A DNA stretch of 18,105 nucleotides from the IMG/VR virus record IMGVR_UViG_3300045988_053095. The stretch is one strand, 5' to 3'. Positions 1 to 7,131 of this stretch are shown piece after piece. The notes beneath the pieces are model-generated. The model did not search any database. It had not been told where the DNA came from and saw only the letters and a list, made by a program, of their open reading frames with translations. The stretch is from a virus. The translations under genes were made by a program, and so were the position numbers. Numbering within the stretch: the first letter of the stretch is position 1; each line of letters starts with the position of its first letter.

Positions 1-35
1 CCCTGCTGGATTGGATTTTCGACCCCCTTCCAGTT
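1..35. repeat. Left inverted terminal repeat (35 bp)
   Basis: Bases 1-35 (ccctgctggattggattttcgacccccttccagtt) are the exact reverse complement of 18071-18105. Identity stops at position 36 vs 18070. The end starts with a CCC reiteration. Confidence 0.97.
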
Positions 36-251
36 CCCCCATAACGGATAAACTGAGAACGAAAGCACCACCGCAAACGGTTGTTGCGCGTTCTCGGTAT
101 AGATTTTACCGGCAAAGGACGAAACAGCCGGATGAGTTAAGGCACCTTAACTGCGAACATTGTTAAAAGAATAACAAGCGCGTGTGAATCTGGGCAACAA
201 ACCCGCGCGTGTTATAGTCTTGAACTATATTAAGTTATAGGAATAAACTAT

Positions 252-280
252 TTTACAAATGCTAAAGTACGTGCTATAAT
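252..280 (+). promoter_or_regulatory. Early sigma-A/sigma-70 type promoter with extended -10
   Basis: TTTACA (252-257), 17-nt spacer, TGcTATAAT (272-280). It lies about 60 nt upstream of the first rightward ORF. Confidence 0.7.
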
Positions 281-341
281 AGGCACATAAAGCAAGGGGA
301 AAATAAAGCCAAATACAAATCAAATAAAAGGGGGAACTAAA

Positions 342-626
342 ATGAAAACCGTATCAGCTATTTGTGTATATCACGGAACAACAATTTATAATCTAACTGC
401 GAGTCATAAAGGCGAGTTAATCCAATTAAAAAGAGTTGACATGTCAGATAGCGACGCAAAGTCGTATAACAGTTTTAGAGATATGTATAAAGCAATTTTA
501 ACAATTTTAAAGATGAATGGACTTAAGGTGAAATATAAAACTGAGTTCAATGCAAATTGGTATGATATTCAATTTATAGACGCGCTGAATCCAACGCTTA
601 TAGAAACATTTTCGATTAAAGAATAA
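342..626 (+). CDS. Hypothetical early protein (94 aa)
   Basis: ATG preceded by AAAGGGGGA. First ORF after the early promoter, with AT-rich codon usage. No family recognised. Confidence 0.7.
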   Translation: MKTVSAICVYHGTTIYNLTASHKGELIQLKRVDMSDSDAKSYNSFRDMYKAILTILKMNGLKVKYKTEFNANWYDIQFIDALNPTLIETFSIKE

Positions 627-714
627 CAGCGCGGCTTTCTAAAGGGTTTGAGCCTATCAAGCCCTATTCCATAGGCGCAAGCCTAAAATCAAAAACAAAA
701 GGACTAACAGAAAC

Positions 715-1044
715 ATGAAACAGTATATTAACGGTATCGACGTTAAGCCCACCAATTACAAGAAGTATGCAGCTCTTATCGAATCCTACCGGCACGCCGT
801 CAATACGCGCGGCTATCGCATGGTTGATGATTGCTATAGTAGGCCGAGCGCGGCGAAACAAGAAGCTGAAAACAGAATTCGGAATAAAATGAGGGAGCGC
901 AACGGCTATGGCTACACCGTCGTGAGCTATAATACCATGGTATTTACTTGCGCGTATCTTTTCATGCACCCCGAAGATGGCAACCTCATTCTTTGTTATA
1001 AAACGCCCGCTAACGCATATTATATCGACGCTGCGGGGCTTTAA
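715..1044 (+). CDS. Hypothetical early protein (109 aa)
   Basis: ATG with an AAAGGA element upstream. Co-oriented with the early block. The stop overlaps a GC hairpin at 1034-1050. No family recognised. Confidence 0.65.
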   Translation: MKQYINGIDVKPTNYKKYAALIESYRHAVNTRGYRMVDDCYSRPSAAKQEAENRIRNKMRERNGYGYTVVSYNTMVFTCAYLFMHPEDGNLILCYKTPANAYYIDAAGL

Positions 1045-1170
1045 GCCCCGTCGCGCCGTCGAGGTATTGCCATGTCAAATCCCGATATATTCACTATAGT
1101 ATACCTACTTTTCATTTTGCCTATATCCATAGGCTCAATTATATCATTCATAAGAAAGTGAGATAATACC

Positions 1171-1491
1171 ATGGCTAAAATGAATGTAACGCGCAAATAT
1201 GTGTGCAGCAGTTTTACAAACATTATTTCCGTTCCCTACTGCGCTTTGCAGGACTTATTAAAATATGAGGCTCCATCATGGTTTACTTCCGGAATTTACG
1301 GCTGGAACGCTGATGTATACATGATTGACTTTGAAACGTGCATTGTAACTGGCTATCGTCCGTTCGGCAACATTCGCCCATCCTACGCATTAACCGATGT
1401 ATTTAACCGCACAGCTAAGAAAGTAGATACCCCCGAAAAATGCAATGACCTATTAAACGCTTATGTAAAAGAGGTGTTATCAAATGTTTAA
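1171..1491 (+). CDS. Hypothetical early protein (106 aa)
   Basis: ATG with a GAAAGTGAG element upstream. Its 3' end overlaps the next ORF start by 8 nt, suggesting operon-style coupling. Confidence 0.65.
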   Translation: MAKMNVTRKYVCSSFTNIISVPYCALQDLLKYEAPSWFTSGIYGWNADVYMIDFETCIVTGYRPFGNIRPSYALTDVFNRTAKKVDTPEKCNDLLNAYVKEVLSNV

Positions 1492-1729
1492 TGCAAAAGA
1501 CTACCACGATTTAACGCCAAACTCTCGCCGCGCCATCGCAAAATTAGACGGATTTTACTGCCCCTCTGACTGCAAGCATTGCCCATTTTATAGTGATGAC
1601 GCCATCACCGTAAATTACGAAATTCTCACCTACTCACTCGGGAAATCTGAACCAAAGCAATGCACTCATGAGGGCCATTGTATCATCAACGCAGCTCGCG
1701 TAGAGTTCCCTAATTGGAGGTATGAATAA
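1484..1729 (+). CDS. Small Cys/His-rich early protein (81 aa)
   Basis: AAGAGGTG RBS 7 nt upstream of the ATG. Contains CPSDCKHCP and CTHEGHC clusters, suggesting metal binding (inference). Confidence 0.7.
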   Translation: MFNAKDYHDLTPNSRRAIAKLDGFYCPSDCKHCPFYSDDAITVNYEILTYSLGKSEPKQCTHEGHCIINAARVEFPNWRYE

Positions 1730-1948
1730 ATGACCGGCAGCATTCAAATTGAATACTTAAGCAACGATTCGGTTCGAGTTGGCGGGCATATGGAAGATGT
1801 AACGCTATTTGATAAACAACACCTTGTTATGATTCTTGCTCACGCGCTCGGTCTAACAGCAAGCGATATGCGTTTAGCTTACCTCGCATATTCCGAATTT
1901 CTCGCCGAAATGGATTTATCGAACAATCGTTCCACCCCTGACTTATAG
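1730..1948 (+). CDS. Hypothetical early protein (72 aa)
   Basis: ATG directly abuts the previous stop (TAAATG). GGAGG lies 9 nt upstream. Confidence 0.7.
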   Translation: MTGSIQIEYLSNDSVRVGGHMEDVTLFDKQHLVMILAHALGLTASDMRLAYLAYSEFLAEMDLSNNRSTPDL

Positions 1949-2038
1949 CCCCAACCTATACCCAGCTATTGGAATATCCTATTGGACAACAGCCCCACAA
2001 TCTGCTACAATGAATATATCAAACGGAGGAACATCACG

Positions 2039-2224
2039 ATGAACGAATCCTATTACGACCTCTTTTGCTCCCGTTTCCCGCAAGACAAATTATTCCAGCA
2101 TTACGCTCTCCGCAACTGCTGCCCTCATTGGTTTTTCGATATTCCCTACAACTGCGATTGCATGACCGACACTTGCGCGAAATGTTGGGGCAGAATCCCC
2201 GACTACCCGCCGACCATCAAATAG
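2039..2224 (+). CDS. Small Cys-rich early protein (61 aa)
   Basis: The track ORF starts at TTG 1982, but the in-frame ATG at 2039 has ACGGAGGA 8 nt upstream. Eight Cys residues (CC..C.C....C..C pattern). Confidence 0.6.
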   Translation: MNESYYDLFCSRFPQDKLFQHYALRNCCPHWFFDIPYNCDCMTDTCAKCWGRIPDYPPTIK

Positions 2225-2326
2225 TCCATCTGCAAAGCGGGCTTGCGTGGAAATTTAATTACCGAAAGGAAGTGTTAAAACCTCTCCCTTTTGTGGTAAA
2301 TTCATCCTACCATATCTTCACCTTTT

Positions 2327-2409
2327 CCGTTGACTGTCGAAACAGCCCTGCCCGCTGGGGCTGTCTACCGGAGCCGGTTACTTCGGTACTGATGAGACAA
2401 ACCTCACGG
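2327..2409 (+). ncRNA. Type II hammerhead self-cleaving ribozyme (predicted cleavage after C2365)
   Basis: Core CUGAUGA at 2389-2395 and GAA at 2339-2341. The A15.1-U16.1 pair is A2342-U2364, and the GUC cleavage triplet is 2363-2365. Stem III is 2342-2348/2358-2364 (7 bp). Stem I hairpin is 2366-2372/2382-2388 (7 bp, one G-U). Open stem II is 2335-2338/2396-2399 with the G10.1-C11.1 pair, extended by 2327-2330/2406-2409. Loop I GGUU (2376-2379) is complementary to AACC (2400-2403) in the stem II internal loop. Confidence 0.85.
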
Positions 2410-2435
2410 AAAACACAACCAGAAAGGGAAACAAC

Positions 2436-2720
2436 ATGAAAGCACCCCAGATTACCCGCACCTTTACCACCACCCGCGCAACCATCCTTGGCCTTGACAC
2501 CATCAACGCAGAACCTATGAATAAGGACATTGACCTTGCCGGTCACTTTGAGTCCGAGGACAAGATTATCAAGGCCGCGAAGAAGCTCATTGAGACTGAG
2601 GACTTCAAGGTCTGCAAGCTCGTCCGCTGCGAGGAAATCACCGAGCTGCGCGGAATGAGCGTTCAGAAGTTCCTCGAGAACTCCGAAGTCATCCCCGAGA
2701 AGAACGCCGACAACCAGTAA
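2436..2720 (+). CDS. Abundant early protein, possible phi29 p6-like dsDNA-binding (histone-like) protein (94 aa)
   Basis: AAAGGGAA RBS. Strong C/G-ending codon bias (AAG, GAG, CTC, ATC), unlike the upstream early genes. Position two genes upstream of the TP/DNAP pair matches phi29 order 6-5-(4)-3-2. Loose resemblance to recalled phi29 p6 (ITKTT... and ...VEKFLE... segments). Coding status is likely; the product call is tentative. Confidence 0.55.
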   Translation: MKAPQITRTFTTTRATILGLDTINAEPMNKDIDLAGHFESEDKIIKAAKKLIETEDFKVCKLVRCEEITELRGMSVQKFLENSEVIPEKNADNQ

Positions 2721-2756
2721 CCAACCAACAAATCAAATTAAATGGAGATTATCAAA

Positions 2757-3152
2757 ATGACCGGATATGAAGCTAAAATCGCCTACTCTTCCAAGGAACT
2801 CACCGCTCGCGAGAAAATCAAGCTCAAGGATTTGACCAACGCCGTCCAGCTCGATGAAGCCACTCAGAACGCCGAGTTCGAGGGCGCGGGCAACCTCGTC
2901 ATAACTCCCGACTATTACGCCGAAGTCTCCGTCCACAACGAGAAGTCCGACAGCAAGGATTACGTCAAGTTCGTCGTGGTTGACACCAACGGCACGAAGT
3001 ACGTCACCGGCTCTGAGAGCTTCATCACCGCTTTCAAGGGCATCGTTGACGAGATGGCAGACGCCGGTGAAGAGGGCTACGACATCGAGGTCTACCGCAT
3101 GGAAAGCAAGAACTACAAGGGCAAGAGTTTCATTACCTGTTCCCTCAAGTAA
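2757..3152 (+). CDS. Possible phi29 p5-like single-stranded DNA-binding protein (131 aa)
   Basis: The track start is 2742, but GGAG (2744-2747) sits 9 nt upstream of the in-frame ATG 2757. Same high-expression codon bias. The C-terminal pattern (...DTNGTKYVTGSESF...SKNYKGKSFITCSLK) resembles recalled phi29 p5 (...ADGSLYSAISKT...SSKGNVFFSLQLSL). Synteny supports the call; the product is tentative. Confidence 0.55.
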   Translation: MTGYEAKIAYSSKELTAREKIKLKDLTNAVQLDEATQNAEFEGAGNLVITPDYYAEVSVHNEKSDSKDYVKFVVVDTNGTKYVTGSESFITAFKGIVDEMADAGEEGYDIEVYRMESKNYKGKSFITCSLK

Positions 3153-3200
3153 CACCAACAGCGTAACCATTTGTAACCTTTTAAACTAACTGCTCATTGC

Positions 3201-3233
3201 ACCGGAGAGGGAACTTGTCACTCCCTCTCCGGT
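3201..3233 (+). promoter_or_regulatory. Perfect 12-bp stem-loop without U-tract (possible attenuator or 3' mRNA stabiliser)
   Basis: accggagaggga (3201-3212) pairs perfectly with tccctctccggt (3222-3233), with a 9-nt loop. It is followed by aactaaaa, not a U-run. It lies between the SSB-like and TP-candidate genes. Confidence 0.5.
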
Positions 3234-3252
3234 AACTAAAAGGGGTGATACA

Positions 3253-4290
3253 GTGTCACTTAAATCAGAGTACAATAAAGAGCGAGCGCGAGTAGAAAAA
3301 CTCGCTCGAAAGCTCGAAAAGCAAGGCTACACATTTGGAGATAACATTCTCCCGCCAATCCCGAAGCGCCCGACAGCAGCAAGCATAAAGCGAATAGCAA
3401 AAATCAACGGCGGCTTTCTTCGGGCACGGGCAATCACACAACCAGAGCCAACAGCAGCCCCAAGCATTAAGCGCTCTACCATCTCACAGCCCAAGGTAAA
3501 AGCCCCTAAAATCCCGAAGCCGACAAAAGCCGCGAATGAATACACCGCAAAAGGAAAGCAACAGGCAAGACCGGAATTAGAGAAATTCCGAAAAATAGGC
3601 CAGAATCCTTATATCCCGCACCCGCGCTCGAAGCAATCCGGGCAGCTTGTAAGCCTGAAAAACTTCATGCGGAACGCTGAAAAGCGCGGCTTTCAATTTC
3701 AGCTATCAGCAGAAGAACTATTTCAAAATCCATTCGAGAAGCACTCAGAGCTATACCAATACGCCACCTATGTTGACCCTGAAACCGGAGAGCTTTTAAC
3801 GGGCTTAGAGGGTAGGGCATTAGAAAAACAGAGAGCAGCGCGAAAGGCACAAGACACAAAGAAATACAAGGCTGGAAAAGCGGCAGCACTTGAACTGATT
3901 CCTGAAACACCAGCTACTCCATATCCCACAGAGCAAGAAATAGGCTATAACAATCTAATGTCACTTCTTCGCACCGTTTCAGAGGGTGGTTCAAGCCTAA
4001 TGTTGGGCTTAGACTTACAATATCAAAGAAACGCTACAGGAATGCTAAACGCAGTAGACCGTGCGATTGATACAATAGGGCTAAGAGCTTTTCTTGAAAT
4101 GTTAAAAACGCCAGAGGGCGAATATCTCTTGACTAAGGCATACGACGCTATCTTTGCAAGTGATGATTATGTAGCAAGAGAGTGGGCTACACACCTTGAG
4201 CACTTGCTGCATAAAAACAATCTCATTTCTGACGACGAATTGAAACAGATTCAAGACGAGCGCAATGAAACGTGGGAACTTGTGAAATAA
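3253..4290 (+). CDS. Terminal protein candidate (345 aa)
   Basis: GTG start with AAAGGGG upstream. It sits immediately upstream of the protein-primed DNA polymerase, as in phi29 gene 3. Basic Lys/Pro-rich N-terminal half (KVKAPKIPKPTK). The call is positional because TP sequences are poorly conserved. Confidence 0.6.
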   Translation: MSLKSEYNKERARVEKLARKLEKQGYTFGDNILPPIPKRPTAASIKRIAKINGGFLRARAITQPEPTAAPSIKRSTISQPKVKAPKIPKPTKAANEYTAKGKQQARPELEKFRKIGQNPYIPHPRSKQSGQLVSLKNFMRNAEKRGFQFQLSAEELFQNPFEKHSELYQYATYVDPETGELLTGLEGRALEKQRAARKAQDTKKYKAGKAAALELIPETPATPYPTEQEIGYNNLMSLLRTVSEGGSSLMLGLDLQYQRNATGMLNAVDRAIDTIGLRAFLEMLKTPEGEYLLTKAYDAIFASDDYVAREWATHLEHLLHKNNLISDDELKQIQDERNETWELVK

Positions 4291-4311
4291 CCCGAAAGGG
4301 AATGAAAGAAT

Positions 4312-6261
4312 GTGGCTAAACGCTCATACCGCTACTTTGTAGGGGACTTTGAAACAACCGTCTACAAGGGACAAGTAAATACGGAGGTATGGGCAAGCGC
4401 CGCCGTGGAACTCTTTACCGAAGATGTTAAAATCTTCCATTCCATAGATGAAACCTTTGACTACTTCTGTTCCCTTAAAACGAACATCATTTGTTACTAC
4501 CACAACTTGAAATTCGACGGCTCATTTTGGCTCTCCTACCTCTTAACGGAAAAAGGCTATCAACAGGCACTTGAATACAACAGCGACAGCGAATATGATT
4601 GTCAATGGATTTCAGCATGGAAAATGCCCTCCGGCTCATTCCGCTACTCAATCAGTAACCGAGGGCAATGGTACACCATCACTATTAAAGTAGGTAAGTT
4701 CATAATCGAGTTCCGCGACAGCTTGAAGCTCCTCCCATTCTCTGTCAAGCGAATCGGTAAGAGCTTCAAGACTAAGCACCAGAAACTCGACATGGAATAC
4801 ACCGGCTTACGATATGCTGGCTGCACCATTACACCGGAAGAACAAAAGTACATAGCAAATGACGTTCTCGTCGTAAAAGAAGCTATGGAAATAATGTTCA
4901 CCGAGGGGCATAACAAACTCACGATAGGCTCTTGTTGCCTTGATGAGTTCACCAAGCTGACCGGTAAAGAAGAATACGAATACTACTTCCCAGACGTATA
5001 CGACATACCAATAGACCCAGAACAGCATAAACAAGCAACAGCCGGAGACTGGATTAAGAAAAGTTATCGAGGTGGATGGTGTTATTTAGCAAGAGGAAAA
5101 GAGAACAAAGTGTTTACCAACGGTACAACGGCAGACGTAAACAGTCTATATCCATCCGTTATGTCATCGGAAAGCGGAAACCGTTATCCGGTTGGAAAGC
5201 CACAGTTCTGGATAGGCGAGCCACCGAAGTGGATAGACACCGATGATAAAATCTTTTATTTCATTCGCTTGCGAACACGCTTCAAAATCAAAGACGGTAT
5301 GTTGCCATTCATTCAAATCAAGGGCAATCTTCTCTACCGCGGAAACGAAATGCTTGAAACCTCTGACATTTACGACCCGAAAACAAAGCAATACTACGAC
5401 CACTACTACGACTTAGATGGAAACCTTGTACCAGCAACAGTAGAATTAACTTTAACCATGATGGACTACCACCTACTACTTGAACATTATGACCTATCAG
5501 ACACCGAGTATATAGACGGGTGCTGGTTCGCAACTGAAATCGGTTTATTCGATCGATACATGGAGAAGTACAAGAAGATTAAAATGGAAAGCAAGGGCGC
5601 AATGCGAGAGCTTGCCAAGCTCTTCTTGAATAACCTATATGGTAAGATGGCGTCCAGCACAGACAGCAGCTTCAAGGTTGCTTACGTCAAAGAGGATAAA
5701 TCTCTTGGCTTCATCGAGATAGAAGAACACAACAAGAAAGCGGGCTATATACCCATCGGATCGGCGATAACCTCTTACGCCCGCAACTTCACCATCCGAG
5801 CCGCGCAGCTAAACTATCACGGCAAAGACAAGCGAGGGTTTATCTACGCCGACACCGACAGTATTCATTGCGACATCGCACCGGAAGAGATAAAAGGAAT
5901 CAATGTACATCCAACAAACTTCTGCTGCTGGAAGCTGGAAAGCTGTTGGGACAAGGGAATCTTTGCAAGACAGAAAACGTACATCGAGCATATCACGCAC
6001 GAGGACTGTGAACCAATCGAAGAGCCGTTCTACAACGTGAAGTGCGCCGGTATGCCTGACGCTTGCAAGGAGTTGCTGATTAACAGCATCACACAAACAA
6101 AGACAAGGAAAGAATACACCGAAGAGGAAGAGCAATTCATAAACCAGAAACGAGAACTAACTGATTTCAAAGTGGGCTTGTCAATACCGACAGGCAGACT
6201 AAAACCGAAAAGGATAATGGGCGGCATACTTCTTGTAGATGGGCCTTATGAAATGCGATGA
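4312..6261 (+). CDS. Family B DNA polymerase, protein-primed (phi29 gp2-like, 649 aa)
   Basis: GTG start. Exo I is FVGDFETT, Exo II is HNLKFDG, Exo III is YIANDV. Motif A is DVNSLYPS, motif B is KLFLNNLYGK, motif C is YADTDS, and the KxY motif is QKTYI. Confidence 0.95.
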   Translation: MAKRSYRYFVGDFETTVYKGQVNTEVWASAAVELFTEDVKIFHSIDETFDYFCSLKTNIICYYHNLKFDGSFWLSYLLTEKGYQQALEYNSDSEYDCQWISAWKMPSGSFRYSISNRGQWYTITIKVGKFIIEFRDSLKLLPFSVKRIGKSFKTKHQKLDMEYTGLRYAGCTITPEEQKYIANDVLVVKEAMEIMFTEGHNKLTIGSCCLDEFTKLTGKEEYEYYFPDVYDIPIDPEQHKQATAGDWIKKSYRGGWCYLARGKENKVFTNGTTADVNSLYPSVMSSESGNRYPVGKPQFWIGEPPKWIDTDDKIFYFIRLRTRFKIKDGMLPFIQIKGNLLYRGNEMLETSDIYDPKTKQYYDHYYDLDGNLVPATVELTLTMMDYHLLLEHYDLSDTEYIDGCWFATEIGLFDRYMEKYKKIKMESKGAMRELAKLFLNNLYGKMASSTDSSFKVAYVKEDKSLGFIEIEEHNKKAGYIPIGSAITSYARNFTIRAAQLNYHGKDKRGFIYADTDSIHCDIAPEEIKGINVHPTNFCCWKLESCWDKGIFARQKTYIEHITHEDCEPIEEPFYNVKCAGMPDACKELLINSITQTKTRKEYTEEEEQFINQKRELTDFKVGLSIPTGRLKPKRIMGGILLVDGPYEMR

Positions 6262-6473
6262 GAAGAAAAAGAATTACACTAAATGACACGGTAGACCAAC
6301 TGCTGAAAGAGGGGTTCAGCGACGTGTTAGTTGACGCTTGTGGTTTGTGGGTAAGACAACCTGATAACGTAAAAGCCAGATACGGAAAACTGTTTGTCAG
6401 GTATGTTGACCGCACATACGATGACCACACCGCTTTTGTAGAAGTAGAGTACCCAGCATTGTGGTTTTTATAA
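6258..6473 (+). CDS. Hypothetical protein (71 aa), translationally coupled to DNAP
   Basis: ATGA start/stop overlap with the polymerase gene. No family recognised. Confidence 0.6.
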   Translation: MRRKRITLNDTVDQLLKEGFSDVLVDACGLWVRQPDNVKARYGKLFVRYVDRTYDDHTAFVEVEYPALWFL

Positions 6474-6483
6474 GGAGAAAGCT

Positions 6484-6630
6484 ATGGTTATTTTATTACT
6501 CACAGCAACGTGCTGCTTGATGTGTGTCGCTCTTATTGTCCTCGCGTTCTGGCTGAATCACTTGGACAATAAACTCGACGAGCTGCATGAAGAAGTAACA
6601 GAAAAGCGCGAAAGGTGGGACTTCCGATGA
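6484..6630 (+). CDS. Small single-pass membrane protein (48 aa), absent from the ORF track
   Basis: AAGGAG RBS 6 nt upstream of ATG 6484. Sequence is MVILLLTATCCLMCVALIVLAFWL followed by a charged helical tail. Confidence 0.55.
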   Translation: MVILLLTATCCLMCVALIVLAFWLNHLDNKLDELHEEVTEKRERWDFR

Positions 6631-6725
6631 GCGCTGAATTGATTCTCTGGCTCTGGTCAGGTGTTGTAGTAGCGATTGCCTACTATATGTTATTTCATAC
6701 AGGTGGTGATGGATTAGATGGCTAA
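6627..6725 (+). CDS. Possible mini membrane peptide (32 aa), absent from the ORF track
   Basis: ATGA overlap with the previous ORF stop. Hydrophobic core LILWLWSGVVVAIAYYMLF. Its stop overlaps the next start. Very short, so uncertain. Confidence 0.4.
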   Translation: MSAELILWLWSGVVVAIAYYMLFHTGGDGLDG

Positions 6726-6918
6726 CTATGAAAGAATGTGGAATAGCTTAAAGCGAGAGCTTAAACAGCTGGAAGAGCATTACAGTGATATGCGCTTGAA
6801 CTACGCAAGGAAAGGTCAGCCTACTCTTGCTACGCATTTCAAAGAGCGTGGAGACGGAGTAGCAGAAGCAATCATGTATATGGATTTAGCGGAGGATGAC
6901 GAGCATGGACAAGAGTAA
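6718..6918 (+). CDS. Hypothetical acidic helical protein (66 aa)
   Basis: GGTGGTGATGGA purine-rich RBS. Chained with its neighbours by overlaps. Confidence 0.6.
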   Translation: MANYERMWNSLKRELKQLEEHYSDMRLNYARKGQPTLATHFKERGDGVAEAIMYMDLAEDDEHGQE

Positions 6919-7093
6919 CTTGTATATTGGTGAATCGTGCGGAACGTGCGCACATAGCGAGGTATGTATTCACCGGATTAAAGGTAACAATATGGAAGCA
7001 ACAGGTATAGCGAATGGGGCTGCTCAGGAGTTGCCTGAGCCGTTCAAGATTAAATTATTCTGCTCGAAATACAAAAGCCGAAGTCTAAACTAA
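6905..7093 (+). CDS. Small Cys-containing protein (62 aa)
   Basis: The track start 6896 abuts GGAGG with no spacing. The in-frame ATG 6905 is 9 nt from GGAGG. CGTC...C motif. Last gene of the rightward early block. Confidence 0.55.
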   Translation: MDKSNLYIGESCGTCAHSEVCIHRIKGNNMEATGIANGAAQELPEPFKIKLFCSKYKSRSLN

Positions 7094-7099
7094 AATTTA

Positions 7100-7131
7100 G
7101 TGCGGGATAGAGACGAATCCCTATCCCGCAC
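7100..7131. terminator. Bidirectional stem-loop terminator between convergent blocks
   Basis: gtgcgggatag (7100-7110) pairs with ctatcccgcac (7121-7131). On the minus strand it is followed by an A/T-rich uaaauuuua tail; on the plus strand by auuguauc. Confidence 0.7.

Noticed and set aside
118-136. GACGAAAC followed by GGAUGAG, superficially like hammerhead core fragments
   Set aside because: The sequence reads CGGAUGA rather than CUGAUGA. The spacing leaves no room for stems I and III, and no GUC-type cleavage site sits in a compatible position.
2290-2318. Weak promoter-like match (TTGTGG, 16 nt, TATCTT) just upstream of the ribozyme
   Set aside because: Only 3/6 and 4/6 matches and no extended -10. 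This cannot be told apart from background in AT-rich spacer, so the ribozyme is assumed to lie within the read-through early transcript.
2065-2546. ORFs 2065-2439 (plus strand) and 2307-2546 (minus strand) covering the intergenic gap
   Set aside because: They have no ribosome binding sites and are out of frame with, or antisense to, the well-supported neighbours. The region is better explained by the hammerhead ribozyme.
2733-3170. 145-aa minus-strand ORF and 2980-3189 plus-strand ORF
   Set aside because: They are shadow or out-of-frame ORFs over the codon-biased SSB-like gene, with no ribosome binding sites.
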